This document shows, piece by piece, positions 24,856-33,092 of a stretch of 54,024 nt of DNA. The notes under the pieces were generated by a model. That model did not search any database. It saw only the letters and a list, made by a program, of their open reading frames with translations, and was not told where the DNA came from. The DNA comes from a virus (taxonomy: Duplodnaviria > Caudoviricetes). The stretch spans positions 1 through 54,024 of the IMG/VR virus record IMGVR_UViG_3300045994_000081. One strand, given 5' to 3'. A program made the position numbers and the translations under genes. Numbering within the stretch: position 1 is the first letter of the stretch; every line of letters begins with the position of its first letter.

Positions 24856-27165
24856 CTATATAGGCAAGTGTATCACTCTAAACGCCCGACCGTGATATCC
24901 GTAAGACTCGACAAGCTTCTCACGTCCTACTTCCTGAATGTACCCGTTATCTACCAGCGACTTCAACGCGGTATCCATTGCATAGGTTGCACCGTTATGA
25001 TGCGAGGAGAACGAGTGAACGCGCTGGGTTCGGTTCTGCAATACCGAGCGTGGAACAATACCCGCGTTCTTCATTGCTTCAGGAATGTTATAGCTCGGTA
25101 TATTAGCCCCGCGTATAAAGTCAGCAATTACGGATATCAGTTTACGTTCACGCGGTGCGTCACCATTACCAACGTCACCCCCTGCAATGCGTCTAGACAT
25201 AACTGCAATATCACGTCTTATCAAATCCATCGCCCATCCGACGTGCGTTCTATCCATTACAGGGAATGAAGGGTTATCACATACCGCCAACAGTGCTGCA
25301 ATCCGCAAGAGCTTTAAATGGGCACGGTTCCACATCTGTCTCCAGCCCTCGTCCGTTGTACTGTTAATCTGACGGTCACATTCCTTGTCGAAGTCATACA
25401 GCAGTTTCGCAGCTTCACCATCACGCTCAACTTTTGTAAATATAGGTTGACCCGCTTGTGTCACCAACTGCGCCAGCAGGTTCTTTAAGTCATTGTGCAG
25501 CGGGGGCGCTTCGTCCGTTCGTAGCTCAGGTCTGTCCCCGTTGTATTCGACAATAGTAAAGCGGGAAAGAAATCCATCGTCCATCATGCTTTCGGTTAAA
25601 GACTCATAAAACGTGTTCGGGGTCGTTTCGCCTATCATGCTATATGCAACCCCATTGACCGAAGCGACGTTCTTTTCCTTATCGCTATATCCCATACCGC
25701 CCACAATACTCTCAGCACCAGACTTCTGATAAAGGTTCGTCATAACCGTGCGTAACTGTTGCATCGGACCTTCCCGACCGTCCTCCATTGCCAAGCGTTT
25801 AAGCTTACGTCCGAACTCACCGCTGATATTGCAGAAGCACTGGTTTTCAGAAACACCCTTTACAAGTGCAGGACCTGACGCGAAGTCTGCGTAAGACACG
25901 TGACGCATAATACTCGGAACCGACATCATCATTTCACCCACTACTTTGGAAATGTTGCTGTGCATAGCTTCCTTACCTACAGCAGACCGCGCAACCAATA
26001 CAATATAGAGGTTCAACCCGCTCTGAGGTAACTGGTACGAGCGCCCACAGATACCCGCTATAAGTCCCAGCGCAGCAACGATTGATATTTCCTTAACAGG
26101 ACGAGGTGAAGTCTGGAACATGTGGTAAGCAAGTATCCCCAGCCAGCCCGGAGGCCAATCTATACCCGCTTCAACTTCAGGCGGTGGCGCAGAATGCAGA
26201 CCACACGAGACAGGCTCGCCCACAGTCGCCCCGTCACCCGCGCTTGATACTTGCATACCAGCAAGCAACGCAGCAGCGCACGCCGCCCCATGCGTCTGCA
26301 CAAGTTCCTCACGTCCCTGTCTACCCCGTACGATTTTTAATGTCCGTTTTAAGTAAACGTCGTTCTTAATAGCCTTCTCACGTTTACCAAGACCAGTCAT
26401 GCGGAATAACCTCATACACTGTTCATTATTAGGACTGTGAAAACAAAACATAGACATAAGCGCCAAGTCTGCTTCCGACTGGGACGGATAACCCATTGCG
26501 CTCCAATCACCCTTGCACAAGTCGTTAAACTTTTCACCGTTTATTGCGCTGAGTAACTTTTCAACAATTTCACCGTCGTCGTACTTAGCGTCATGCTCTT
26601 CAAGCTCAAGCTTTGAATCCGTGCTTTCCATTTCCTTAGCAAGAACATCCAACCACTTCTGACCGTCTACTATAGGTGAAGCAATTACCGCGTCACCCGT
26701 GCAGACCATGAAACGCGCTTGCGAATACAGCTCAACCCCGTCACGTCTTAACCCAGCACCAATGCCGCCCAACACAATTACATGCAACCCCTTACCGCTG
26801 CTCGACCGCTCAGTATAAGAGTTGAACGTCTGCGCAATCTGCCAATAACGGTTTAAAGCTTCCGCGCTAGACCACTTTGCAGGGTCTGAACAGTTGTCCT
26901 GATCCTTAACGTCCATGTCTATAAAGGTGAACGGGTCGTCCGCTGCAATGACATATCCAACCCCGTACCCGCCTCCCAAGTGTTTAGCAGTTTCCAGAGC
27001 AGTCTCAAAGTCTGTCCAGTCATTCGGTTCAGTAACACTAGCCATCCGCGTCATGTCCGCAACGTAAGGAGCCTTATACGTCCCCTTCGGGTCTAACCCT
27101 GCAACGCACCACTGAGCCCTTGCCCTAACTTCTTCCGGTAAATTTAAGAGACGTGAATACTTCAT
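24856..27165 (-). CDS. Primase-polymerase/helicase (NrS-1-like AEP N-terminus, DUF3987-like C-terminus)
   Basis: FIDMD, YTERSSSGKGLH, ELYSQARF, SQSEADLAL; ARSAVGKE, SGPAL, GFLSRF. Confidence 0.85.
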   Translation of the reverse strand: MKYSRLLNLPEEVRARAQWCVAGLDPKGTYKAPYVADMTRMASVTEPNDWTDFETALETAKHLGGGYGVGYVIAADDPFTFIDMDVKDQDNCSDPAKWSSAEALNRYWQIAQTFNSYTERSSSGKGLHVIVLGGIGAGLRRDGVELYSQARFMVCTGDAVIASPIVDGQKWLDVLAKEMESTDSKLELEEHDAKYDDGEIVEKLLSAINGEKFNDLCKGDWSAMGYPSQSEADLALMSMFCFHSPNNEQCMRLFRMTGLGKREKAIKNDVYLKRTLKIVRGRQGREELVQTHGAACAAALLAGMQVSSAGDGATVGEPVSCGLHSAPPPEVEAGIDWPPGWLGILAYHMFQTSPRPVKEISIVAALGLIAGICGRSYQLPQSGLNLYIVLVARSAVGKEAMHSNISKVVGEMMMSVPSIMRHVSYADFASGPALVKGVSENQCFCNISGEFGRKLKRLAMEDGREGPMQQLRTVMTNLYQKSGAESIVGGMGYSDKEKNVASVNGVAYSMIGETTPNTFYESLTESMMDDGFLSRFTIVEYNGDRPELRTDEAPPLHNDLKNLLAQLVTQAGQPIFTKVERDGEAAKLLYDFDKECDRQINSTTDEGWRQMWNRAHLKLLRIAALLAVCDNPSFPVMDRTHVGWAMDLIRRDIAVMSRRIAGGDVGNGDAPRERKLISVIADFIRGANIPSYNIPEAMKNAGIVPRSVLQNRTQRVHSFSSHHNGATYAMDTALKSLVDNGYIQEVGREKLVESYGYHGRAFRVIHLPI

Positions 27166-27374
27166 GCTTCATCCCGTTTCTTTTTCCATGCTGCGATATA
27201 AGGTGCAACCTCTTCACGCTCCCACATAGTAAGGTGACCCCCGTCTATATAAATAGGGTAGGGCAGCCACCCGCGTGTTCTACCGTAAGTAAGCGCCGCG
27301 CGGGTGATACCGAGGGCAGCTTGCAACTGAGTGGAGGTGATATATTTTTCTTCAAATCGTTTCTGCGCCGACAT
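27162..27374 (-). CDS. Small HTH DNA-binding protein (AlpA/Xis-like)
   Basis: YITSTQLQAALGITRAAL....RGWLPYP....WEREEV. Confidence 0.75.
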   Translation of the reverse strand: MSAQKRFEEKYITSTQLQAALGITRAALTYGRTRGWLPYPIYIDGGHLTMWEREEVAPYIAAWKKKRDEA

Positions 27375-27440
27375 AAGAACTCCGGTTATTTGCTAAAGGA
27401 AAATACTATATATTGATCTGCTTTACGACTGCAATATAAT

Positions 27441-27986
27441 CTACTTTTGAGTTATTTTCAACGCCGCGTGTCTGGCGTGCAATTCCGCAATTTCAGTATC
27501 GCAAGCAAGTATCAATTCTTTCTTTTTTCGTATTGCAGCTTTCCACAACGTGTGAGCCTCAAGCACAGCGATTTCGTGTGCAACCTGTGCGTCGGACTTT
27601 GCTGCTTTACTGACCACATTAACAGGTTGCGCTTGTGCAGTTTCCAAATGACGAAACTCGCTTATATAAAGGTAACGAACCCGCTCCAAACTACTTATCC
27701 AGTGTCCGGTTTCTTTGCTGCGACGTCCGAAGTGCTGTTTTAAGAAGTTAACTGCCTCAGGACGCACTGTTTCAAGAAACGTAGCAACCTCGGAAGACGA
27801 ATTAAGTGCAGCTGATATTTCAGGTCTGAACACCCTGCGATCTGTATTAGGCAAGGGCCAGCCGTCCTCACCCAGCAGATCATTTGGCAGTTTTTTATCG
27901 TCCGTTTCTGCTTGTGGGACGTTTTGAGTTAGCGGATTTTCACCTGTTATTGGTGCAGGAGTACCGCTGAAGAACGATGTGAGCAT
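27441..27986 (-). CDS. Hypothetical protein adjacent to the putative origin
   Basis: 181 aa, AGAGG SD, C-terminal coiled coil. Confidence 0.65.
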   Translation of the reverse strand: MLTSFFSGTPAPITGENPLTQNVPQAETDDKKLPNDLLGEDGWPLPNTDRRVFRPEISAALNSSSEVATFLETVRPEAVNFLKQHFGRRSKETGHWISSLERVRYLYISEFRHLETAQAQPVNVVSKAAKSDAQVAHEIAVLEAHTLWKAAIRKKKELILACDTEIAELHARHAALKITQK

Positions 27987-27994
27987 AGTGACCT

Positions 27995-28314
27995 CTTTAG
28001 TTAATTAGCTTTAGCACTTTAGCAGCTTTAGCATAGAATTTTTTGAGTTCTGTAAAAGATATTTATTTTTTGTAAAAAGTTGCTTAAATAGTAAGCACTA
28101 AAGCTGCTAAAGCTTGCTAAAGGCTAAAGCAGAAAACGTGCTTTAGTAACTTTAGCGATATTTTGCTTATACACCCTGCAACCCATGTATATTTTTAATA
28201 TATATAAAGCCAAAAAACAGGGGGGGGGTGATTACTAAAGCTAATAAAATATTGTTATAAGTACTTAATTAATAAAGCTTTTTTTTGTATTATATAACAT
28301 TAGTAACTCTTTAG
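27995..28314. repeat. Iteron-like CTTTAG/CTAAAG array in AT-rich DNA; putative replication origin
   Basis: 12 copies: forward 27995, 28009, 28017, 28026, 28141, 28150, 28309; reverse 28098, 28107, 28117, 28124, 28235. Confidence 0.7.
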
Positions 28315-28384
28315 CATTATAGCAGGTCTATTTTTATTGGTGAAATATACGAACTCTCTCAAACCCTTATACTATATGGGGGCC

Positions 28385-28416
28385 TCATAGGGTGCCGCCC
28401 GGGCGGCTTCATAGGG
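28385..28416. repeat. GC palindrome flanked by direct repeats
   Basis: GCCGCCCGGGCGGC (28394-28407) between two TCATAGGG copies (28385, 28409). Confidence 0.6.
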
Positions 28417-28525
28417 GCGGCGCGCCTTAGCAGGGGTTTTTCAGCGTTTATTTAGTCAAGTCTTAAAAGTACCGCGCAAGCGCAGCAACCTGGCACCGTT
28501 CCAATGTGGTTATTAAACTCATCAA

Positions 28526-28565
28526 GTGTACTTCTAAGCGCGAACGGGGTAATATACGTTTCATG
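28526..28565 (+). promoter_or_regulatory. Putative rightward early promoter
   Basis: -10 TAATAT (28550-55) followed by N5-TCATG as in other promoters; weak -35. Confidence 0.45.
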
Positions 28566-28845
28566 CACAGCACACAACAAACACGCAGCCTTTGTCTATA
28601 GCGGATTGCTGAAACTATAGACGCGGTCTTTTAATTGCTCTACGAACTGAGCAAGGATAAAGAACAAAAGGACATCCCAGCGCATAGGGGACATGACTAG
28701 ATAATTATTGCGCCTTAACCGTTGCACATGTAATCGAACAGAACTGCACATTGTAAGGAAGGACGCTTCCTGTATTTTGTAGAATAAGGGGTCTGTATAA
28801 GACGTCCGCTGGACGACCCCTTGCTCTGCACCCCTTAACTCAACA
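28561..28845 (+). ncRNA. Candidate structured ncRNA or long 5' leader
   Basis: No ORF in the track; hairpins at 28594-28622, 28635-28654, 28675-28691, 28756-28771, 28786-28822. Confidence 0.35.
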
Positions 28846-28855
28846 GGAGTAAAAT

Positions 28856-29704
28856 ATGAGCACAGAACAAGCGCCTGGTCAGCGTAAACACAACCACTAT
28901 TTTAAGCCCTGCCCTTACGACGAAATTGACGTATATCGCTTGCTTGAATTGTTTCAAGTAACGGATCAATCTATCGGACACGCGGTGAAGAAACTGCTCG
29001 TTGCTGGTGGTCGCGGTGCAGGTAAGAACATTGACAAAGACATTGCGGAAGCGATTGACACTTTGCAGCGTTGGCAGGAAATGAGACGCGAAGATTTGAG
29101 CGTGTTGATTTACGCAGAACCCGCACCCGCCAAACCTTCGCCACCTGCACCAGCTTTCAAATTATACAATGACGGTCAGATACGCGAAGTGAAGACTGAA
29201 GGCGATTCCGCAATAGGTATATGCGAGGGGCGCCAGGTTTTTATCAATTCCGTATTATTCCACAAAGAAACAGGTCGTCCGCTTTTGGCTTTTCCGATTG
29301 CGAATGTCGATATGTTTTTTACGGAATATACATGGACGAAACGCGTTGCAATTCCTGAACCTTCACATGTGGTCAATAACCCAGCTCCTAGGACAGGATG
29401 GGCAAAGTGGACTATTCCAGCGGAAGAGCTTCAAATCGAATCCGTGCCGAATCATCCGTCAGCTTTTGGCACGTCCTCAAAAGCTTTTATCAAAGCGTCG
29501 CATATTCCGACCGGAATTTCTTATACATGCACAGACGGACGCAGTCAACACGCTAACCGCGCAAAAGCAATTGAACAGTTGACGTTTCATGTTGCAGATT
29601 ATCTTAAAGCGCTTGACCGCATTAAGTTCCTTAGCGACATGTCGGAACAGGACAAACGTGACGCAATTGATAAACTGAAAGAACACTACGGGGTGATAAA
29701 TTGA
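28856..29704 (+). CDS. Multi-domain protein: conserved phage N-terminal domain plus C-terminal peptide-release-factor-like domain lacking GGQ
   Basis: N-term IDVYRLLELF.VTD....HAVKKLLVAGGRG; C-term EELQIES...HIPTGISYTCTDGRSQHANRAKA. Confidence 0.75.
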   Translation: MSTEQAPGQRKHNHYFKPCPYDEIDVYRLLELFQVTDQSIGHAVKKLLVAGGRGAGKNIDKDIAEAIDTLQRWQEMRREDLSVLIYAEPAPAKPSPPAPAFKLYNDGQIREVKTEGDSAIGICEGRQVFINSVLFHKETGRPLLAFPIANVDMFFTEYTWTKRVAIPEPSHVVNNPAPRTGWAKWTIPAEELQIESVPNHPSAFGTSSKAFIKASHIPTGISYTCTDGRSQHANRAKAIEQLTFHVADYLKALDRIKFLSDMSEQDKRDAIDKLKEHYGVIN

Positions 29705-30156
29705 TACTGTTGAAACTTCATTTTAACTGGGACACGAGTGCGCAGATTAAGGCACTGAGTCCTGAACGATACGCGGAGTTTGTTGCACAGTTTCCTGACA
29801 TCGGGTTGAAGCCCGAATACCCGAAGGAAGGTGAATACGTTTACTGTTCTGACATCTTTGCAACGATGGAAGAACTGGAGGCAATTACCGCTTACGGGGT
29901 GGAGCCAAACGTCAAGAAAGTTAAAGGCTTGCATTACCAGAATGGAATACCTGCACCCGCGTCCCCTGCGAACAACATTACAATCACGAACGTGCATGTG
30001 CCTAATGCAGCACTGTTCGAAGTAACGAAAGTTAACTGGCTGGAAGATACCTGTACGGAAAACCTTCAACGTCAGCTTGATGCTGGGTGGCGGATACTTG
30101 CGGTCTGCCCTAGCAACGATGCAAGACGTCCTGACTATATACTGGGGATGAAATGA
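29701..30156 (+). CDS. Hypothetical protein
   Basis: 151 aa; LEDTCTENLQ..LDAGWRILAVCP...RRPDYILG. Confidence 0.65.
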   Translation: MILLKLHFNWDTSAQIKALSPERYAEFVAQFPDIGLKPEYPKEGEYVYCSDIFATMEELEAITAYGVEPNVKKVKGLHYQNGIPAPASPANNITITNVHVPNAALFEVTKVNWLEDTCTENLQRQLDAGWRILAVCPSNDARRPDYILGMK

Positions 30157-30368
30157 AAGACTGTGATAGCTGTAAATGGAGTGACGACCACGGATGTGAC
30201 GCTTGCAGCACTTGCAAGATTGAAGCTAACGGGGACGGGACAAACTGGGAAGCGGGTGAAGGTATAGAAGTCGACGCTGAAGGCATTTGCCCCGCGTGTT
30301 CTGGAAGCGGTGAGGGTATGCACGAAGGAACCACTTGCCGCGCTTGCAAAGGAAAGGGCGAATTGTGA
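30153..30368 (+). CDS. Cys-rich protein with DnaJ-type CxxCxGxG zinc finger
   Basis: CPACSGSG, CRACKGKG. Confidence 0.7.
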   Translation: MKDCDSCKWSDDHGCDACSTCKIEANGDGTNWEAGEGIEVDAEGICPACSGSGEGMHEGTTCRACKGKGEL

Positions 30369-30682
30369 AAACGGCACTGAGTGACTTCCGCGGATTACTG
30401 GTAAACGAGTTTGCAGAATTCCTGAACGAAACTATGGACGACGCAGGTCTGTTGTGTACCTGCATGAACTGTCACCATTTTGATGAACCGTCAGAGTGTT
30501 GTGCGTTTGCTGGTTCACGTCCGCCAGCTCGCGTCATTGCGTTCGGGTGTCCTGCATTTAAGGAACGAGAGCAGGTGATAACGGTCAGCGGTACGACAAA
30601 TCCTGTTCAAGACGAGCCCGCTCCTGTCAAGCTTGTACCTGCATTAAGGTTGATGAACTACGATGACGATATACCGTTCTAA
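30365..30682 (+). CDS. Cys-rich protein ending in DDDIPF
   Basis: GTG 30365; CMNCHHF..C...RPPARVIAFGC; C-terminus NYDDDIPF. Confidence 0.7.
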   Translation: MKTALSDFRGLLVNEFAEFLNETMDDAGLLCTCMNCHHFDEPSECCAFAGSRPPARVIAFGCPAFKEREQVITVSGTTNPVQDEPAPVKLVPALRLMNYDDDIPF

Positions 30683-30712
30683 ATTTATTTTCCAAAATAG
30701 TTGATTAAATGC

Positions 30713-30740
30713 TTGCGTGATTTGTTCAGGTCGGTATAAT
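30713..30740 (+). promoter_or_regulatory. Sigma70-type promoter
   Basis: TTGCGT-N16-TATAAT followed by N5-TCATG. Confidence 0.65.
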
Positions 30741-30780
30741 ACGAGTCATGCATCACTTAACCCACTACTAGGAGAACAAC

Positions 30781-30939
30781 ATGAACTTCCATGATACCGT
30801 ACAGCGCGCCATAGAAATCTACAAAGCGCAAGTCAAAAAGAATCTTTGTTTTGCAGCATCTGACGCGAACGACGAAGCGGGCGGCGAGTGGAACGTCAGC
30901 GCAGTTCAAACCGCTGCCCACAAAATCATTTTTGCGTAA
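30781..30939 (+). CDS. Small early protein, 52 aa (not in ORF track)
   Basis: AGGAGAACAAC-ATG; MNFHDTVQRAIEIYKAQ...AAHKIIFA. Confidence 0.65.
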   Translation: MNFHDTVQRAIEIYKAQVKKNLCFAASDANDEAGGEWNVSAVQTAAHKIIFA

Positions 30940-30949
30940 GGAGCACAAC

Positions 30950-31624
30950 ATGTCAGACCTTTCAAACATCTTTGCGCGCATCCAGAAATGTATGCGCCTT
31001 GCTGGTAGCGATAACCCGCACGAAGCAGAAGCGGCTGAACGCCAAGCTCGTAAGCTGATGGATAAATACAGCCTGACTGAGGGCGACCTTGCTGCTCACG
31101 GGATTACGAACCAGACTGTTCACTGCCCTATTGCTACCCGCAACAAACTGCCCGTCACGCTTGCGACCTTAATCAACCTGATTGTGAAAGCGTTCGGGGT
31201 GAAAGCAGTTACCGAAGCAGAGATGCGGGAAACTCAACCATCATATGTGGTTAGGTACTTCGGACCAGCTGACCGCGTAGAACTTGCTGCCTATACGCAC
31301 GTCGTAATCTACCGCGCAATGGAAGCAGCGTGGAAAGTTTACTTGAAGGAGAATGCAGACCGAAAAGGTGAACGCGGTGCTCGTGCAGGGTTTCAACTCG
31401 GATTTCTGGAATCGATACGAAGTCAGATAGACGAACTGGCAATGACCGACACTGAACGCACAGGAATTGAACTGGTAAAAGACGCGCATTACGGGGTGGC
31501 TTTGTGCAAGGGTAAAGCCAACAACATGCAAGTGAGCGCCAGTGCCTGCAACAGCGGAAAGAATGCTGGCGCGGGGTTTAATTTACGCAGGCCAGTAGGC
31601 GCAGATCGCGTGCGTCTTAACTAA
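30950..31624 (+). CDS. DUF2786-domain protein
   Basis: RIQKCMRLAGSDNPHEAEAAERQARKLMDKY; start at ATG 30950 after AAGGAG. Confidence 0.8.
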   Translation: MSDLSNIFARIQKCMRLAGSDNPHEAEAAERQARKLMDKYSLTEGDLAAHGITNQTVHCPIATRNKLPVTLATLINLIVKAFGVKAVTEAEMRETQPSYVVRYFGPADRVELAAYTHVVIYRAMEAAWKVYLKENADRKGERGARAGFQLGFLESIRSQIDELAMTDTERTGIELVKDAHYGVALCKGKANNMQVSASACNSGKNAGAGFNLRRPVGADRVRLN

Positions 31625-31634
31625 ATCGCTATAA

Positions 31635-31663
31635 TTAAGCAACCGTGAGACGCGGTTGCTTAA
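31635..31663. terminator. Stem-loop immediately before the denV RBS
   Basis: TTAAGCAACCG / CGGTTGCTTAA. Confidence 0.55.
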
Positions 31664-31676
31664 AGGAGATAAACAA

Positions 31677-32135
31677 ATGACAAGAATTAACCTTGTTCCG
31701 CCCGAGGAACTTATGGATCAACATCTGTTTGCAGAGTTTCGTGAAATTAAAATGATACCGAAGTCTTTGAGACGCAGCTTGCTTGCAAGCGAGAAGCGCG
31801 ATGAAGACTTGTACGACTTTTGGAAGCGTATTCCTAAGGAGTACACCTTGAACAAAGGACACGTTTCGTTCTTTTACGACAAGGGTGCGTACCTTGCGGA
31901 TCGCTATAATGTACTAAGACACGAGCTGCGAAGGCGCGGTTATAAGTTTGACGAGAACGCACTGATGGATCCAAAGTGCGTATTTGCAAGTCTTGACCAC
32001 AACTTCAACAATCACTATATCCCGTCAGAACATGCACTTGCGCTTGTTCGTGCTAGAATAGCGGAGCGTATTTCACAGCGTCCAAACTGGTATCGCTACA
32101 ATGGAAAACTTATAGGAGAAACGGACAATGGCTAA
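31677..32135 (+). CDS. denV: Pyrimidine-dimer DNA glycosylase (T4 endonuclease V-like)
   Basis: MTRINLV..EEL.DQHL.AEFREI, YTLNKGHVSFFYDK, RIAERISQRPNWYRY. Confidence 0.93.
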   Translation: MTRINLVPPEELMDQHLFAEFREIKMIPKSLRRSLLASEKRDEDLYDFWKRIPKEYTLNKGHVSFFYDKGAYLADRYNVLRHELRRRGYKFDENALMDPKCVFASLDHNFNNHYIPSEHALALVRARIAERISQRPNWYRYNGKLIGETDNG

Positions 32136-32340
32136 ACACGTCTATCATATCAGCGCAACGAAGTACAATACGGAAGGAAAAGCGGTCAGACACTTCGACG
32201 GGATCGCGGTGTCTTATGCGCGTATTATGAGTCCTGACGATTACCAGCGCCTTAAAGCGGAAGCGTTCAAAGGGGACAATCTTGTGCAGTGGTGCATCAA
32301 CAATCTGTCTTATTTAGGAGAAGACGATGGAAGCGTATAA
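32128..32340 (+). CDS. Hypothetical protein
   Basis: 70 aa with SD. Confidence 0.6.
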   Translation: MAKHVYHISATKYNTEGKAVRHFDGIAVSYARIMSPDDYQRLKAEAFKGDNLVQWCINNLSYLGEDDGSV

Positions 32341-32425
32341 GGCAATCTGTATCATTCTGACGGTTGCGGTTGTCCTTCCAATGGGTGCGTTTATTATCGG
32401 ACTTCTGGAAGGACTGTTAAAATGA
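32327..32425 (+). CDS. 32-aa single-TM peptide (not in ORF track)
   Basis: AGGAG SD; MEAYKAICIILTVAVVLPMGAFIIGLLEGLLK; ATGA overlap with the next gene. Confidence 0.55.
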   Translation: MEAYKAICIILTVAVVLPMGAFIIGLLEGLLK

Positions 32426-32637
32426 GTCAGTCTCACGCTCAAAGTATTCTTGAAGCGTTGACGAACACGGTTGTCGGTTTTGCGCTTGCGTTCGTAACGA
32501 ATGGGGTCATGCTTGCGTCGGTTGGAGTTGCTGCAAGCGTTACACAGAACGCGGCGATTGTTGGCGGACATACTGTGGTCAGTCTGGTCCGCTCGTATAT
32601 AATAAGAAGATACTTTAACAGAAAGGCGTCAAAATGA
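32422..32637 (+). CDS. Small two-TM membrane protein
   Basis: QS..QSILEALTNTVVG...SLVRSYIIRRYFN, a pattern common in phage membrane proteins. Confidence 0.75.
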   Translation: MSQSHAQSILEALTNTVVGFALAFVTNGVMLASVGVAASVTQNAAIVGGHTVVSLVRSYIIRRYFNRKASK

Positions 32638-32987
32638 AATACGAAGCAAACTGCGAACGACGTGCAAGGCGCGGGGCTTACCGCATGTTCAACGGTAAGA
32701 ACGCAAATGAGATTCATGAGTTTACGGGACTGATGTGTTTTGTGTGGCCTGACGGACATCTTATCTTGCGCAACCCTGACGGAAGCTTGTTTACCTTCGG
32801 ACCTGAAAAGACTGCAATGTCTTTGGAAGCGGGTGACGTTGTTATGTACGGCGAAGACGATGAATTGCGCTTGCTCAAGGCTAAGGACTTTGAACGGAAA
32901 TACCGCTTGCTTCAGTCTAGACCTGTTCGTTACCATAGCATGACATTGGGCAACCGCACTTTCAACCGTATCACATTGGAGAAATAG
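32634..32987 (+). CDS. Hypothetical protein
   Basis: 117 aa, ATGA overlap; 'GDVV...DFERKY' motif. Confidence 0.6.
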   Translation: MKYEANCERRARRGAYRMFNGKNANEIHEFTGLMCFVWPDGHLILRNPDGSLFTFGPEKTAMSLEAGDVVMYGEDDELRLLKAKDFERKYRLLQSRPVRYHSMTLGNRTFNRITLEK

Positions 32988-33092
32988 ATGAAAACTTTTA
33001 TTAAAGACTGGGTCGTTCCTTTGGGCTTGGGCGCGTTAATGGGTCTGTTCTTTGCTTGGATGCTTTATGTAGGCGTTCCGAATCATGGCTAG
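32988..33092 (+). CDS. 34-aa single-TM peptide (not in ORF track)
   Basis: GGAGA SD; MKTFIKDWVVPLGLGALMGLFFAWMLYVGVPNHG. Confidence 0.55.
   Translation: MKTFIKDWVVPLGLGALMGLFFAWMLYVGVPNHG

Noticed and set aside
27162-27374. Excisionase implying lysogeny
   Set aside because: No integrase, repressor or att-like site recognised; more likely a replication or transcription regulator
6135-27927. Numerous plus-strand ORFs opposite the replication arm (e.g. 6135..6785, 23859..24536) and minus-strand ORFs opposite structural genes
   Set aside because: Shadow ORFs on the antisense strand of well-supported genes, with no recognisable motifs
27995-28314. CRISPR array or mini-array
   Set aside because: Repeats are 6-7 bp, in both orientations and irregularly spaced
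28856-29704. Stop-codon reassignment suggested by the RF-like domain
   Set aside because: Conserved genes are intact in the standard code, TAA/TAG/TGA all end genes at sensible places, and no suppressor tRNA was seen
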